From Podarcis liolepis (Eukaryota), in assembly GCA_965112155.1 (NCBI GenBank), contig OZ218115.1: a stretch of DNA of 64,000 nt. The stretch is one strand, 5' to 3'. A program made the translations under genes and the position numbers. This document shows positions 11,637 to 24,000 of the stretch, piece after piece. A model generated the notes under the pieces. That model was not told the DNA's origin. It saw nothing but the letters and a program-made list of their open reading frames with translations, and did not search any database. The stretch's first letter is position 1. Every line of letters starts with the position of its first letter.

Positions 11637-14600
11637 CACTATACAAGTTTGCATATTTGGTTTTGCTAGGCATCTCAATGACAGATTTGTGAAGAAGAGC
11701 ACACAATCCTAAGCCTATTTTCTCTGCTGCTTCCCTGCAGCAAGGAATGGAGGGACCAGGTAGCTGCTGTGTGCATTTACACAGAACAGAAGCATCAACA
11801 GCCTTGCCCAAATGGCCAGAAAACCAGAGGGCAGGAGCAGTTCCAAGCACCAAGTGGACCTTGCGGACTCACCTTCTCCTGCATCTTTTGTGTTGACGGT
11901 GAAGACTGCTGGCTTGTTGACTACCCCATGGATGAGTCCCGGTCCATAAGCAGTCACGTGGCCACTGTTGACATAGTCCACGTAGAACTGCAGTGGGCTA
12001 CCTATGGAGGTGGGAGGAGGGTATGGTGTCAACATATTTTAGATACCTACTAGCGCACATTTAGTTGCTCCAACCAACGTGAGCTTGGTAATTTCAGAGC
12101 CAAACACCTTTTTGTGTGTGTTACCTGGGATGTGCATGTTGTCGTAACGGATGTCCATCTCATGCAAGCCAGCCTCTGTGGGGGCATAGCGCACTGTCAC
12201 TGTGCCATCCTTGTTGTCTGTGATGTCTGGCTTTGCCACCTTGCCAGAGGGCATGCGCACCTCACCTGTGGGGAGGGAGGAAACCACAGAAAGCCCTTTT
12301 AAGTTGGTGGGTTCTGTTCACCAGCGTAGGAATGCAAGGACCCAGGAATCTGTTTTTTGCAAGGACCCCAGAGAGGACATTTTAAGGGGACTTGGATTAA
12401 AATCACTGGTCCACAATTCACTGGGCTTAGCTAGGCCACTAGATTCATGTAAAGCTGTAATTCCATCTACCTTTCATAGAGCTGTTGAAAGGAGAGACAT
12501 TTAATATGCTGCAATCCTAGGAGTTTGTAAAACTGAACTGGTTTGGCAAAGCTCTATTTGCTACGCCATCAACAGATTATTAATTTGAGGTGAGGAAGTA
12601 GATAAGCTTTCTAGATGGTTAGACCTGCATAGGTTGGACTAAGAGGGTAGACTTTGGGTCCCTTCCAGCTCCATGACTCTTAGAGATAAAAATATGCTAC
12701 CAAGGATGGAGACATGATTAAGATCTATTTCCAAATCCTTATATACCAGGGCATGTAACAGCAAGTGCTACAGCTATATTTTCAGACTGTCCTGAAGCAA
12801 ACTAGGAAAGTTTGGTGTTCTGCATCAAACGTTCTGCACCCAGGTAACCCATATCCTTTATCAAGAGAACCAGAATCTGCATAAAACCTTCTAGAGCTTA
12901 TTCTACTTATGCTAGTTATGGAGAGGGCAAAACAAAAAGCAGAAACAGAAAGGGCACTGAAGCCCCCACCCCAGCCACTATAAACCGTTATTCAGGCAGC
13001 CCTCTGATCTTGCCAGACACTGCCATATGCTTCACAATCTACCTTAAGAGCCACAAGGACTAGGAACTGAACAGAGATCAGGAAGCTGAGTTCTGCCTCC
13101 ATTTACATTCTGTGCTCCAAGCACACTGCTCAAAACACAGCCTGGCTATAAACTATTGCCCTGACCTCTGTAAAAGGGAGAGTCCTAAACCGCTTTGATC
13201 ACGTCCCCCTCACATCCCATTACCTGTGATCTCTCCTTTCTTGATGGTAAAAGGAATGACCAAGTCGAAAGGCCGCAGTCCGGCATCCAGTCCATTGACA
13301 GGACGGTCTGTTGCCTGGAAAAGACAGAGGCACCCCCAACCCAACACAGCAGTGAGAATCGTCTTTGCTTTTTCGAGAGCCAGACAAGACAAGGAGGGAT
13401 GGGAAGAAATGGCAGGAGTTCATAAACAGCGATGGAACATGGAGCAGACAAAGACAGACCTTGAAAAGCCACCAGGTACCAGACAGTCGGGGGGGGGGGA
13501 GGAGAGAAAGAGCGTGTAGACAGGCAAGCTGGCCAGGAAGCCACCTGAGCTGTTGCATAAAAATGGATTTGGTGGACCTTCTTCCCTTTAAATGCTTTTA
13601 AATTTCAGGTTTGCTTCGGTAAGTTTGTATTGCAAACATCGGCTTGGGAGAGTTTTGGAGTCAGATTCTTGAACTGAGCACAATGCTGGGTTCTGAAGTG
13701 GAGCTCAGCAATCATTTTACATACCGAGAGAGCCATTCCAACAGCTGCTCAGTACAGAAAGAGGTCCTGGGACTCAACACACTGAAGCTGGCAAGAGCCA
13801 GAACTCGATTTTGGTTTTGTTCCTAGCTCAAGAACACATTTCTGGAGAGATGACACTTATTCCCCCTGCCCCCTTTCTATTTCATGGTGGGTTTAAACAG
13901 AAGCTGAGGGAGTTTGGTTTGGTTTTAGAGCTGTTTCAGGAAGCATTCCCAATGGGGTGGCATTCACTATAGTATCTGGGAGTTGCACAACAAGTGGAGA
14001 GTAGGGCAGTTGCTTCTGTGCAGCTCATTCTGTCCCCACCCCCATGGCCCTGTCATTTGGTAGCTGAATATTTCATCCACAGGAGAGAAACTGAATGCCA
14101 GTTTTATGATCATCAGCTGAAAAGGTCAGCACTGCAAGGCACTAACGCAGAAGGGAGTTACTACTCTACAACACACCCACCCATGCTGCACTGCCCCCAT
14201 TTGTTTGGCAGTGATTGTCCCAAATGTGGCTGTGTTTCACTGGAGTGGAATCCCACTGATGTGCAGCCAGCTGTTGCAGCACAGTTGGGGAACCTGTGTG
14301 AGCCTCCAGATATTGCTGGACTACAACTCCCATCACCCCCCAGTACTGACTGTTCCAGCTGGTACTGATGGGAGTTGGGAGGCCATGTCTATCAGCAGTT
14401 ACAAGGATGCAAGCCAAGTAAGACTCCCAGTTGTGTCCGCCCAGGACAAATGCTAGCCATGCCCCCCCCAGGGGACAGAGAAGCATCCTTCTTTGCATCC
14501 TGGAAAGGTGAACATCACACAACCTGCCTGAGATATGACTTGGCAGCCCCCCCCCCCAAAAAAAGAATGGAGGTATTGACAAGGACGACATACAAAGCAC

Positions 14601-15041
14601 AGATGGCCCCCCTCCCCGGCATCAAGAGAGAAAGGGATGTGACCTCAAAGACAAAGACACCCTGGGAAAAGCCCCGATCCGGTCACATTCTGGGGGGTCT
14701 CTTCCCCCCTTGGAATTCAGGTGTGGGAGAGGCCAAGCAAGGGTGGGGGAGAAGAGGTGCCCATAAAGTTGCTTCTGAAAGCAGCCCACCTGCGTTAGCA
14801 TCAAAGCAAAGTTGGGGGCAAGAGAGAGAAGCGATGAAGAGTCTGCACAGGGCATCAGGCAGACCACCCAAAAGAGCCACAAAGCCCACTGCTTGGGTTC
14901 TTGTGGGGCACTTGCAGGAGCAGAGCCTCTGCCCCACCCCACAAAAGCTTTCTGCACAAGCAAAGGAAGCAGAGTTTCAAACTGCGTTGATTCTGCTCTG
15001 ATTCTCTTCCTAGTTGACACAACGACTTCTAGCATTGGACA

Positions 15042-15082
<41 letters not shown>

Positions 15083-18000
15083 CTCACAGCTGCTCAATAA
15101 AAGGCAGCTATTTCCAAGGATTGTAAGCCCAAGATCACAAAGTTTGTGGAAATGGTGAATTGTTTCCTGGCTCAGTTAAAAAAAAAAGTTGCTGCCTCAG
15201 AAAAGGTGGTCTTGAAAGTTAGTGACTTTCCAACTCAATGAAGGAATGTCCTCTAGGCCATCTCCTCCTGATGAGGCTTCCTCCAGATCCTAGACCCAGG
15301 GGACATGGGACCATTAGCCCTTTGCCCCCACCGTAGTTTTGGTCTGGGTTGGTGGCCCCCCCTTGCTTACTCTTCACTTTGGAAACAAACAAACAACTGC
15401 AAGTTTTGTGAATGGCACTGTGTCTAGTTCAGCTGCAAGCACAAACAGATTCACAGCTTGCCTGTAATGCCAAGGAGAGAGACCTGTAGCTCAGGGACAG
15501 GCAGCCTGCTTTGTGTGCAGAAGGCCTCAGAAATTCCAGAGAAAAGGAGGAGGTTGCTGCTGCTGCTGCTGCTGCTCCTCCTGGGAAGGAAACCCAACTA
15601 GCAGGTGCTCCTCAGGAGCTCTGGCAGAAGAGATCATTTGGGTTAGATAGATCTGGGTTTCCCAAACTTGGGTCTCCAGCTGTTGTTGGACTACAACTTC
15701 CATCACCCTTAGCTAGCAGGACCAGTGCTCAGGGATCATGAGAACTGTGATCCAAAAACAGCTGGAGATCCAAGTTTGGGAAACCCTGGGTTAGATTATT
15801 CTGTTTCCACCAAGAATCACCCAAAATGGAAAATAACAATAATTTGAACATCAGTTTCAACAACTCTCAGGGCAAAGGCAGGGGCTGGAGCCTTTCCTGG
15901 GAGTGGGTTTCCATTTCTTGGCGCACGTTCTAACCCATCTGCAGTTTCCAGATGTGGGTTCATCATCTAACCCTGCCACCAGATGTTTTTGTTTAAAGGA
16001 GCAGGGAACCTTTGATCTTGTGACCTCAAGCAGAAAACCAGCTCCCCCCTCCCAAGCAGTGGCAAACAGCGCAAAGCAGAGGCGGCTGAATTCCATGGGG
16101 TGCTCCCCCCACCCAGAATGCCCTGGGCTAGCTTTTCCTCCAAGAAACTGAACTGTTACTGCCGGTCCCCAGGGCTGCTGTGCACCAGGTGGATATGCGT
16201 AGGGTGGGGCCCGCATCGGCTGGGCCATCTGCTGGGGGGTCGTGCGCTCACCATCCAGGGCCTGTGGCGGGAATGGGGCAAGAGTGTTAGAACGGACCAG
16301 TGGAGAGGCCGGTTCAGGGCCAGGACAACCCTGCCGTGCTTCCATTTCAGAACGTAAAACCACAGGAACAGGGGAAACAGCCCAGTGGCCCTTTCTGGCA
16401 AGCATGCTGCCATCATGTCATCCCATAACCATCATCTCCCTGGGACAAGTTTTTACTTTGCAAAAACAGTAAAAAAAAATAAAAGAAAAAACCTTCCGTG
16501 CTCGGTCATTATTGCACAAAACAATCCTTCTCTCAGATACTAGCTCTTTGCCAGAGGATAGTATCCCACACGTATCTCCCACAGCAATATGGCAACATAG
16601 GGCACCTATGATTGTTTTGAGAATTATTTGCTTCAGAAAGGGCTTGAATCTGGCATCCACACCCCCCCCACCCAAAGTAGTAAACCATCAATGGAGCTAA
16701 GAACTTGCTTTTCAAAGGAAACCTAAGCTTAGACATTCAGAAAGTCTAACTGTGCTATAACCCAGGTACACCAGGAAAAAGGTGATGGGGAGTGACAGCG
16801 CCCCTGTGAGCCACCACCCAAAAATAATGTCCACAATCATAGAAGCCACACACTCTGGTGCAAAGTATTTCAAGTTTGCATGTAGCTGAAGTATTGTATG
16901 ACCAGGGCTGCACAAGGAAACCAATTCTGTTTGCCAACGCAAAATAATGATCTCATTGCCTGAAACGCACATGTTGCAACGTGGTGCCAATTTATGTCTA
17001 GAGCAGAGAGACAGCCCAAAAATGTGGCCTGTGGGCTGAGAATGGGGTTTCTCCTTTTGCACACAAAAAGCACAGGAAACCGCAATGCTAAAAAGTCTTC
17101 TGGCTATTTTATGGGATGGTCACGCACACCTTATAGCTCTGAGGGATAGAGCTGGAGGGGTGGGGGTGGGGGAATACCCTGCTGAATGAATTATGATCTG
17201 GATTTTCTATCATAGCCATTCTATTCCCTGGGGAGGGATTGTGCCATTTTAAGAAGCCTGCATGAAGTGGATGCAAATAAATGACTAGAAGAGTTAAGAT
17301 AGACAGGACTTATTTTATTCTGCAGAGACACTTTGTATGGGGTGGGGCGGGGCAGGAGAACTCAAGAAAAATCTGGGTAATAAGGTAGGTGCTAGCATAT
17401 TTGCAAAGCTAAGCAGGGTCCGGTATGGTTTCCAATTGGATGGGGAACCATGATCCTGTATTGCAGGGGTTGGACTAGATAGCCCTTGGGGCCCCTTCCA
17501 ACTCTGAAATTCTGTAATTCATGGGCATAAGCTACTACTGTGATGTAGTACTGAATTAACAGCAGAACTAGGGGAAAAGAATACACAACACACACTCAGA
17601 GCCTCAGGGAGAAAAATGTTCAGGGCCAGTCCTGGTTGAGATCCTAGGCAATTTTTTCTGGGACTCAGCTAGGTCTATTGAACTCAGTAAATTTCCAAGT
17701 GAAGATGCCCAGCACTGACTGCAAGTGCTATAAAAATGTTAAGGATGAAATGGAGGTGGAGAAGAAAAATATTAACGGGTTTTTGTTGCTGGTGATGCTT
17801 TTAACAGAGTTAAAGCAGAAGTTCAGTTGTGCAAGAAATCTGTGCTCAAGTGGAGAGACTCCAGTTTCTTGGCTATGAGGTGGGGTAAGAGAGGAAGAGG
17901 AAGAAATCAGGTTCAAAAATGCTTTCCACTGAGTCAAAACTTCCCTGGTGGAGGGACATTTGCTTGCTTGTTTCTAACACACACAAGACAATACCCAGAA

Positions 18001-21000
18001 AGAAAAAAGGGACACTGTCCCTTCCCAACCGCTTCCTCCCTTCCTCCCCTTTCTGTGACTGAGCCAGAGGGTTCCTTTTGCACTGGAACCTGGAAAGAGT
18101 GAGTAATGCATTAAACAGGAAGGCTGGGTCTACAAAAGCCAACCAATGAGTCACATGTTACAGCAGGACAAGTTTTGTGTGTGTGTGTGTGCGCGTGTAA
18201 CATTTGTGTGCAAGTTCCTAGCTCACTTTTTTTAAAAAACAAACAAACACAAAACACATTTTTTTTATCTTTCACATCGATGCAATTTGAATGTAACAGA
18301 TTTGATGCTGGGCTCCAGATAAACATATTGTGCAGAATAAGGGCTTATCCACACTTACTTTCCCTCCACTTTTTCTAGGCATGGTGTCCAAGCACCTTCT
18401 TTTTGCTCACAACTTTTCCCCACGGAAACCCACTCTTTAAACAGAGGCAGGTTTAGGGGAGCCCGACCAATTTGGCTGCCCTGGGCATGGAGCCTTGGGA
18501 GCACAACTATTACCCAGAATGAAAGAGGCAAGAGGTGGGGAGTGCGCCAAATTTTGGTGTTGCACAGGGTGACGCTGAAATTTGGGACCCCAAGGTCTGC
18601 CACTGCTTTAAAGCTCAATTGGAGCAAACGGCAATCCGCAGGAAACCCAAATCGACCTTTGCTCTGATTGAGCACTAAAGAGCGGGTTTTTGTGGAGAAA
18701 GCTCCAGGGCAAGGAGAGAGAAAAACACTCTGACATACGAGTTTTTAAGCACGCTTATGCCTGGAGGAAAAAGTAAGTGTGGATAAGCCCTCAGTCAGTA
18801 GAATTTGTACCATTTCAAGGAACCCTATTTTTTTTCAAAAGTAGTAGTACAGAAAAAGATCATTAGATGGAGGGGTACACTAAAATCACATGCTGCTGTA
18901 CACTTACACCAGGTTCCACCCCGCATTGTGGGTGCCCAGCGCGTTACACGCATGTCATCACACGGCCTGAGGGGGCTGATGGGGCCCAACGGGCCCTCCT
19001 GCGGCTGCAACGAGCCCCATTGTGCCTCAGCGCACCATGAAATGTCATGCGTGCGCTGTGTTGGGGTGCCCCCCCCAGCCACCCAGTGAAAATTTTGTGG
19101 GTGCCTTGGCACCCAGGTCCCCCCAGAAATGGCAGTACTACACCACAGGCAGGAAGTGCACATGGAGAAGCCTTCAAAAATGCCTGCAGATGAGAATTCT
19201 GCTACAGTGGTGCCTCGCAAGACGAAAAGAATCCGTTCTGTGATTCTCTTCGTCTAGCGGTTTTTTTGTCTTGCAAAGCAAGCCCATTGACGGATTAGTG
19301 GATTAGCGCTATTAGCACTATTAGCGGCTTTTAGCGGCTTATCGGATCAGCTGATAAGCGGCTTAGAAAAAAGGGGGGAAGGGGAAAAAAACCCCGCAGG
19401 AACTCGCAAGACATTTTCGTCTTGCAAAGCAAGCCCATAGGAGATTCGTTTTGCGAAGCACCTCCAAAACGGAAAACTCTTTCGTCTAGCGAGTTTTCCG
19501 TCTTGCGAGGCATTCGTCTTGCGGGGCACCACTGTACTTCTGAGTAATGATCCCTTTTACTTGATCTCCTCACCACACAAATAAGAGCAGAGGGAGCAAA
19601 TATAGATTGTTTATACCATCAAGGGGTGTATAAATTTTATGAAATAAGATAAACCAACAATCTATACATCAGGGCAGCACAGCTTTTTCTGCCACCCAAT
19701 GCACATGTATCCTCCATAGCTGTGAGCAGGGGGCTGCCCACTTGATTATTCCTAAGCAAACTGAGGCGTCTGCTCCTGCAAAGAGTGCCTAAAGGCAAGA
19801 AACAGAGCAAGTTCTACCCAGAAATTACCATCCCCCCACCCCTCAAAAAGCAGCAGGTTATAAAACTGGACATACCAATGATCTGTTTAAAATAATGTGT
19901 CTAGCCCCCAAGACTGCAATGTGGCAAAATCTGAGGCTGAGGTGGAGTTTTCAGCAGCTTTTGTACAAGACAGCTGGGAGCATTCTGTATGCTATGCTGC
20001 ACTGCACAGAACTTCTCCCTCTGCCTGTGCTCTTATGACACCCTCTGTTTTGGGGGCACAGGGGGAACAACCACTATATTTCTAATCTGATCATGGATGC
20101 AATTTCTTCTAAAAAACCCAACAACCCCAATTAGTCTGAACAGAGCCCCCTTTCTGCAGGATTTTGGATTTTTGCCATTGAGAACATGCAACCCTAGAGC
20201 AAACAACCAGAGCCCAGAATGTATAATTCTCAGATCTAGAATACACATGAGCTTTTTTTTTTGAGAAGGGGACTCACCTCCCACTTCCCATGTATGTATG
20301 TATGTATGTATGTATGTATGTATGTATGTTCATTCATGTTAACCAGCTCAGATGTAGCCCAGGGCTTAGATCTGAACTCAGTGCCAGGAGGACTGTTCCA
20401 TCTAACATGTCACAAGTTTTGGGACAGACACACAAGAAGTATCCGAAACAAAGACCGAGCTCCTTTGCTAATACGGCCCCCGCTCTTTCAGGTAAAATCA
20501 TCTCACCACCGCAGTTCTGGGCTTCTAAGTCAATATGGCAGGAAGTTCCATTATCACTCATTTAAAGGAGGCAGAACTACCGCAGGACAAGACTTGACCT
20601 TGCACACATGTATGAGTCTTCCAACATCAGCACCATGCTAGCCACAATTGCATTAGGCACTAAGCCCTTTGCTGAGCCAGACACCTCTGGCCACTTACTG
20701 CCCCCTGGTCACCCCAAGACTCACCGTAACCTGGAAAGGACTGTTGGGAATGTGCTCTCCTCCAAAGCGCACACAGATGACATATTTGCCTGGCTGGGGC
20801 GCCGTGTAGAAGATGTCAAAGGTGCCGTCCTCATTTTCCACCACATCCACGTCCACCTCTGTGCCATCAGGAGTGCATACTGTGCAAGTCACCTTGCCCT
20901 TCCCGGCAGCCTTGGCATCCACCGTGATCACCGTCTCCTCACCAATTTGGATGGTGGGCCCAATGCCGGCTCCTGGCAGAAGGGAAAGCCAGTGAGGAAT

Positions 21001-24000
21001 GGAGAACTTGAGTCCAATTCCCAACTCCTTCCCATCATGCACCATGGGTCTCCCTAAGCTCCCAGCCTCTTATACCAGCTGACATGGCCTCATGGGGACT
21101 TTGAGACAGAGGGCAGGTTGATCAAATTGTGGGGGGACCAATATTGCACAGATGAATTAAGCCATTGTAGGTCAAAACAGAGCAACTTACCAATGGACTA
21201 TATTCACCCATTCAGTTGCAGGTACAAGTGGTCAATTTTATTGTATAAAGCCAAAGGCTTTTACAATGGATGACAGAGAAAGAAAGGAAACTTTGCAAGA
21301 AAGAAAACACAGGCTGGAACACTAGGGCCAGGTCACACTTGCTGGTGGACCCCACGCAAGCTCTTTCCAGGAATACTTGCATTCACATGAGAGGCCTGCA
21401 TTTGCAGACACCACAATTTGCTCAAAATGATGGCTGTTCCAGGCAATACCAAAGCCTGGTCAGCAGTTAAGTTTTCGGCAGGACAATGTTTAGAACTCAG
21501 CCAAGAGTTACCCACCCACCCACCCACCACTATCTACCAGAGACTCTTCTCCAATGCACCTCAGTGGCTCACTCCCATTTTGCTCATGCAAGGGAGAGGT
21601 GGTTGAGGTGCAGAAGAGAGGCTGTCAGAGCCCCCCATGCCAATTGTGTTGAGGTGGGGGTTAAAAAAACCCTTCCAGCTTGCACAGGAGGCTGGGAGCT
21701 GGATCAGACCCAACTCTTGCCATCTGACACCAAGCCCCCAAGGAAACAGTCAGATAACATTACATTTTTTAAAAAGGACTAAAGCAAGATGGAGTTAGGG
21801 CAACTAAAGCCATGATTGGACCCCAGCGGCAGAAGCATTGATTGTTCATAAAGCAAGGGATGTTACAGCTTTGGGTAACTAGGGGTTGGCCAATGCCAAG
21901 GAAGTGCTTGTTTTCACTGAAGAACGAACCCTATGCAATCATAGCACAAGAGGAGATTTTGAGCCACAGACTTTCAAACTAGCTTAAAGGGTTAACTTGA
22001 GGCAGCCAACATGGTGCCCTCGAGCTCCCATCCTACCTGACCAATGGCCACAGAAACTGGAGCCACTGGGAGTTTGCCCAACAAGATCTGGAAGGCACCA
22101 CAATGGGTTAATCCTTCTTACAGAGAGGGCTCTGGCTTAAAGAGATTTCCAAAAGCAACAACACTGTTAACAAACAGAGAAGCTGCTGTAAATATCATGG
22201 TTGGGGTTCTCCCCCATCACATCAACATCAAGCTGAATCGAGATTTCTATTGTTTGCTTAGGTTCCTATTGTAAAATGGCAAATCATGATCAGAGCTACA
22301 CACACAATAATAAAAACTGGGCCCCTAGTGCTGGTTATGAGAGAGTGTTTTGGGGAATGAGTGCTGGGAAGGGGAAATGTTTAGATTCATGTCCAGCCAA
22401 ATTTGACTCCTAAGCCCTCTGGATAGCAAAGACAAGCCGAGGACTACCAGTTTGCCTGTCAAGCTGCATAGAGGGTGCAAGTGAGGGGGGGGGGGGAGAG
22501 ATGAGATGGTACATGTTTAGGCACCAGGCAAAATCATTCCTCTTTACCCAGGCTTACGGCTATGGCCCACAGCCAGGAAAAATGTGGAGGGGAAAGACTG
22601 TTATTATGATGACTATTTTATTATTAGGCTGTCTGCCAGTATGCTTTTTATTATGTTTTTATCACTGATGTTCTGTAATGTGTCATTAATAAAGGACAGT
22701 ATGTAAAGTGAATAAATAATGTTTCTTCACTGTGGTCTCGGGCTCTATCTGCAGCTTATGACTCCTTTAATCTACTTAGGAAGACCATGAGGTGTTATTT
22801 TCCCCTTACACTTGGGGTGGGGAACCTAGCTTCCCTGAAGATGGCAACCACTTATCAGTTTCCCTGGTCTGAAGCTGCTGCCAAGAATTCACCCCGATGA
22901 CCTTTCCAGTGGGGGCACCTAGGCTGTGGAATGCCCTCTCCAAAAAGACTCGCCTGGCACCTGCACTGATCTTTTGGATTTAAGAAAAGACATTTCAATG
23001 CTCCCAGGGCCTTTGCATTTAAAAGAAGTGTTGCTGCTCTGTTGCTTTTGCTTTGGTTCGATGACATTTTCATCCCCAAAAAAGTTTTTGATTTGAGTTT
23101 CTACTGAAATGAGGCTGCATTTTAATGTTGTATTTTAATCAATTGTTTTATATATGGTGTTAGCCGCCATGAACCCGGTCTTGGCTGGGGAGGGCAGGGA
23201 ATAATAATAATAATACTTTATTCTGTAGTTGTTTTAGATTTTTATGTGTTACAGTTTTAGCCTCTTATTCTTGTGAATTGCTCAGAGTTTTCAAGCTATT
23301 TGACAGTATAGAAATGTGGCAAACAAAATCCGTTCACGTGCCTGATACAGACCCCTGAAGCACACTTCTTGTGGAAAGCCAAGACAACGTCAACAGGACT
23401 CCCACAAACCTAGGTGGCCACCTGAGCCACCGCAAAGCTTGCAACATGCCTGCCTGTAGACAGAAGCCTTCCCCAGAGTTAAGAAACATGCATGTACCTG
23501 ATCCATTTCCTGATTCACAAGCTCATGCCCCTCATTAGGCAAGCACAGCAGGAGATGGAAGATGGAGAGGGAGGCAAAGAGTAGGAGAGGACTATTTGGG
23601 GAGGCGGGGAGGGTAGAGAGAAGGGGGGGAGGGGGAAATGTACCATGACAGCCATAATCCAACCCACCACTAACATTCAGATCCACCTCCTTGCTTCCTA
23701 TCAATGGCTAGGGTTGGAGAAAATGCAAGGCTTCCAGCTCTCCCTCCCCCTCCCCAATAGTTGCCTCTCTTCTGCCTCTGAAGCAGAGGCTTAGTTCACA
23801 GCAATCCTATCCTGCTGGAAGAAGCAAAAAGTGAATATGTTCCAGCAGGGGCAAACTAGTGGCTCATCTCTGCAAGTAAAAAACTGAAAAATGGAAAAGA
23901 AAGGAAGGACCCTGTTTTGACCCCTAGCAGCTTTGCTTCAAGGAACAGCTTCTCTAGCAAAAGGCCTCTGCCTGGGACCCTGAAGAGCCACTACTGATTT

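Noticed and set aside
16534-16568. Small hairpin GATACTA-CTCT...AGAG-TAGTATC as a structured ncRNA
   Set aside because: Only about 11 bp of stem, with no snoRNA boxes or miRNA-length arm.
20270-20295. Strong donor GAG|GTGAGT preceded by an ATG in intron 31
   Set aside because: Phase 2 relative to that ATG, incompatible with downstream phase-0 exons; no convincing acceptor; adjacent to a microsatellite.
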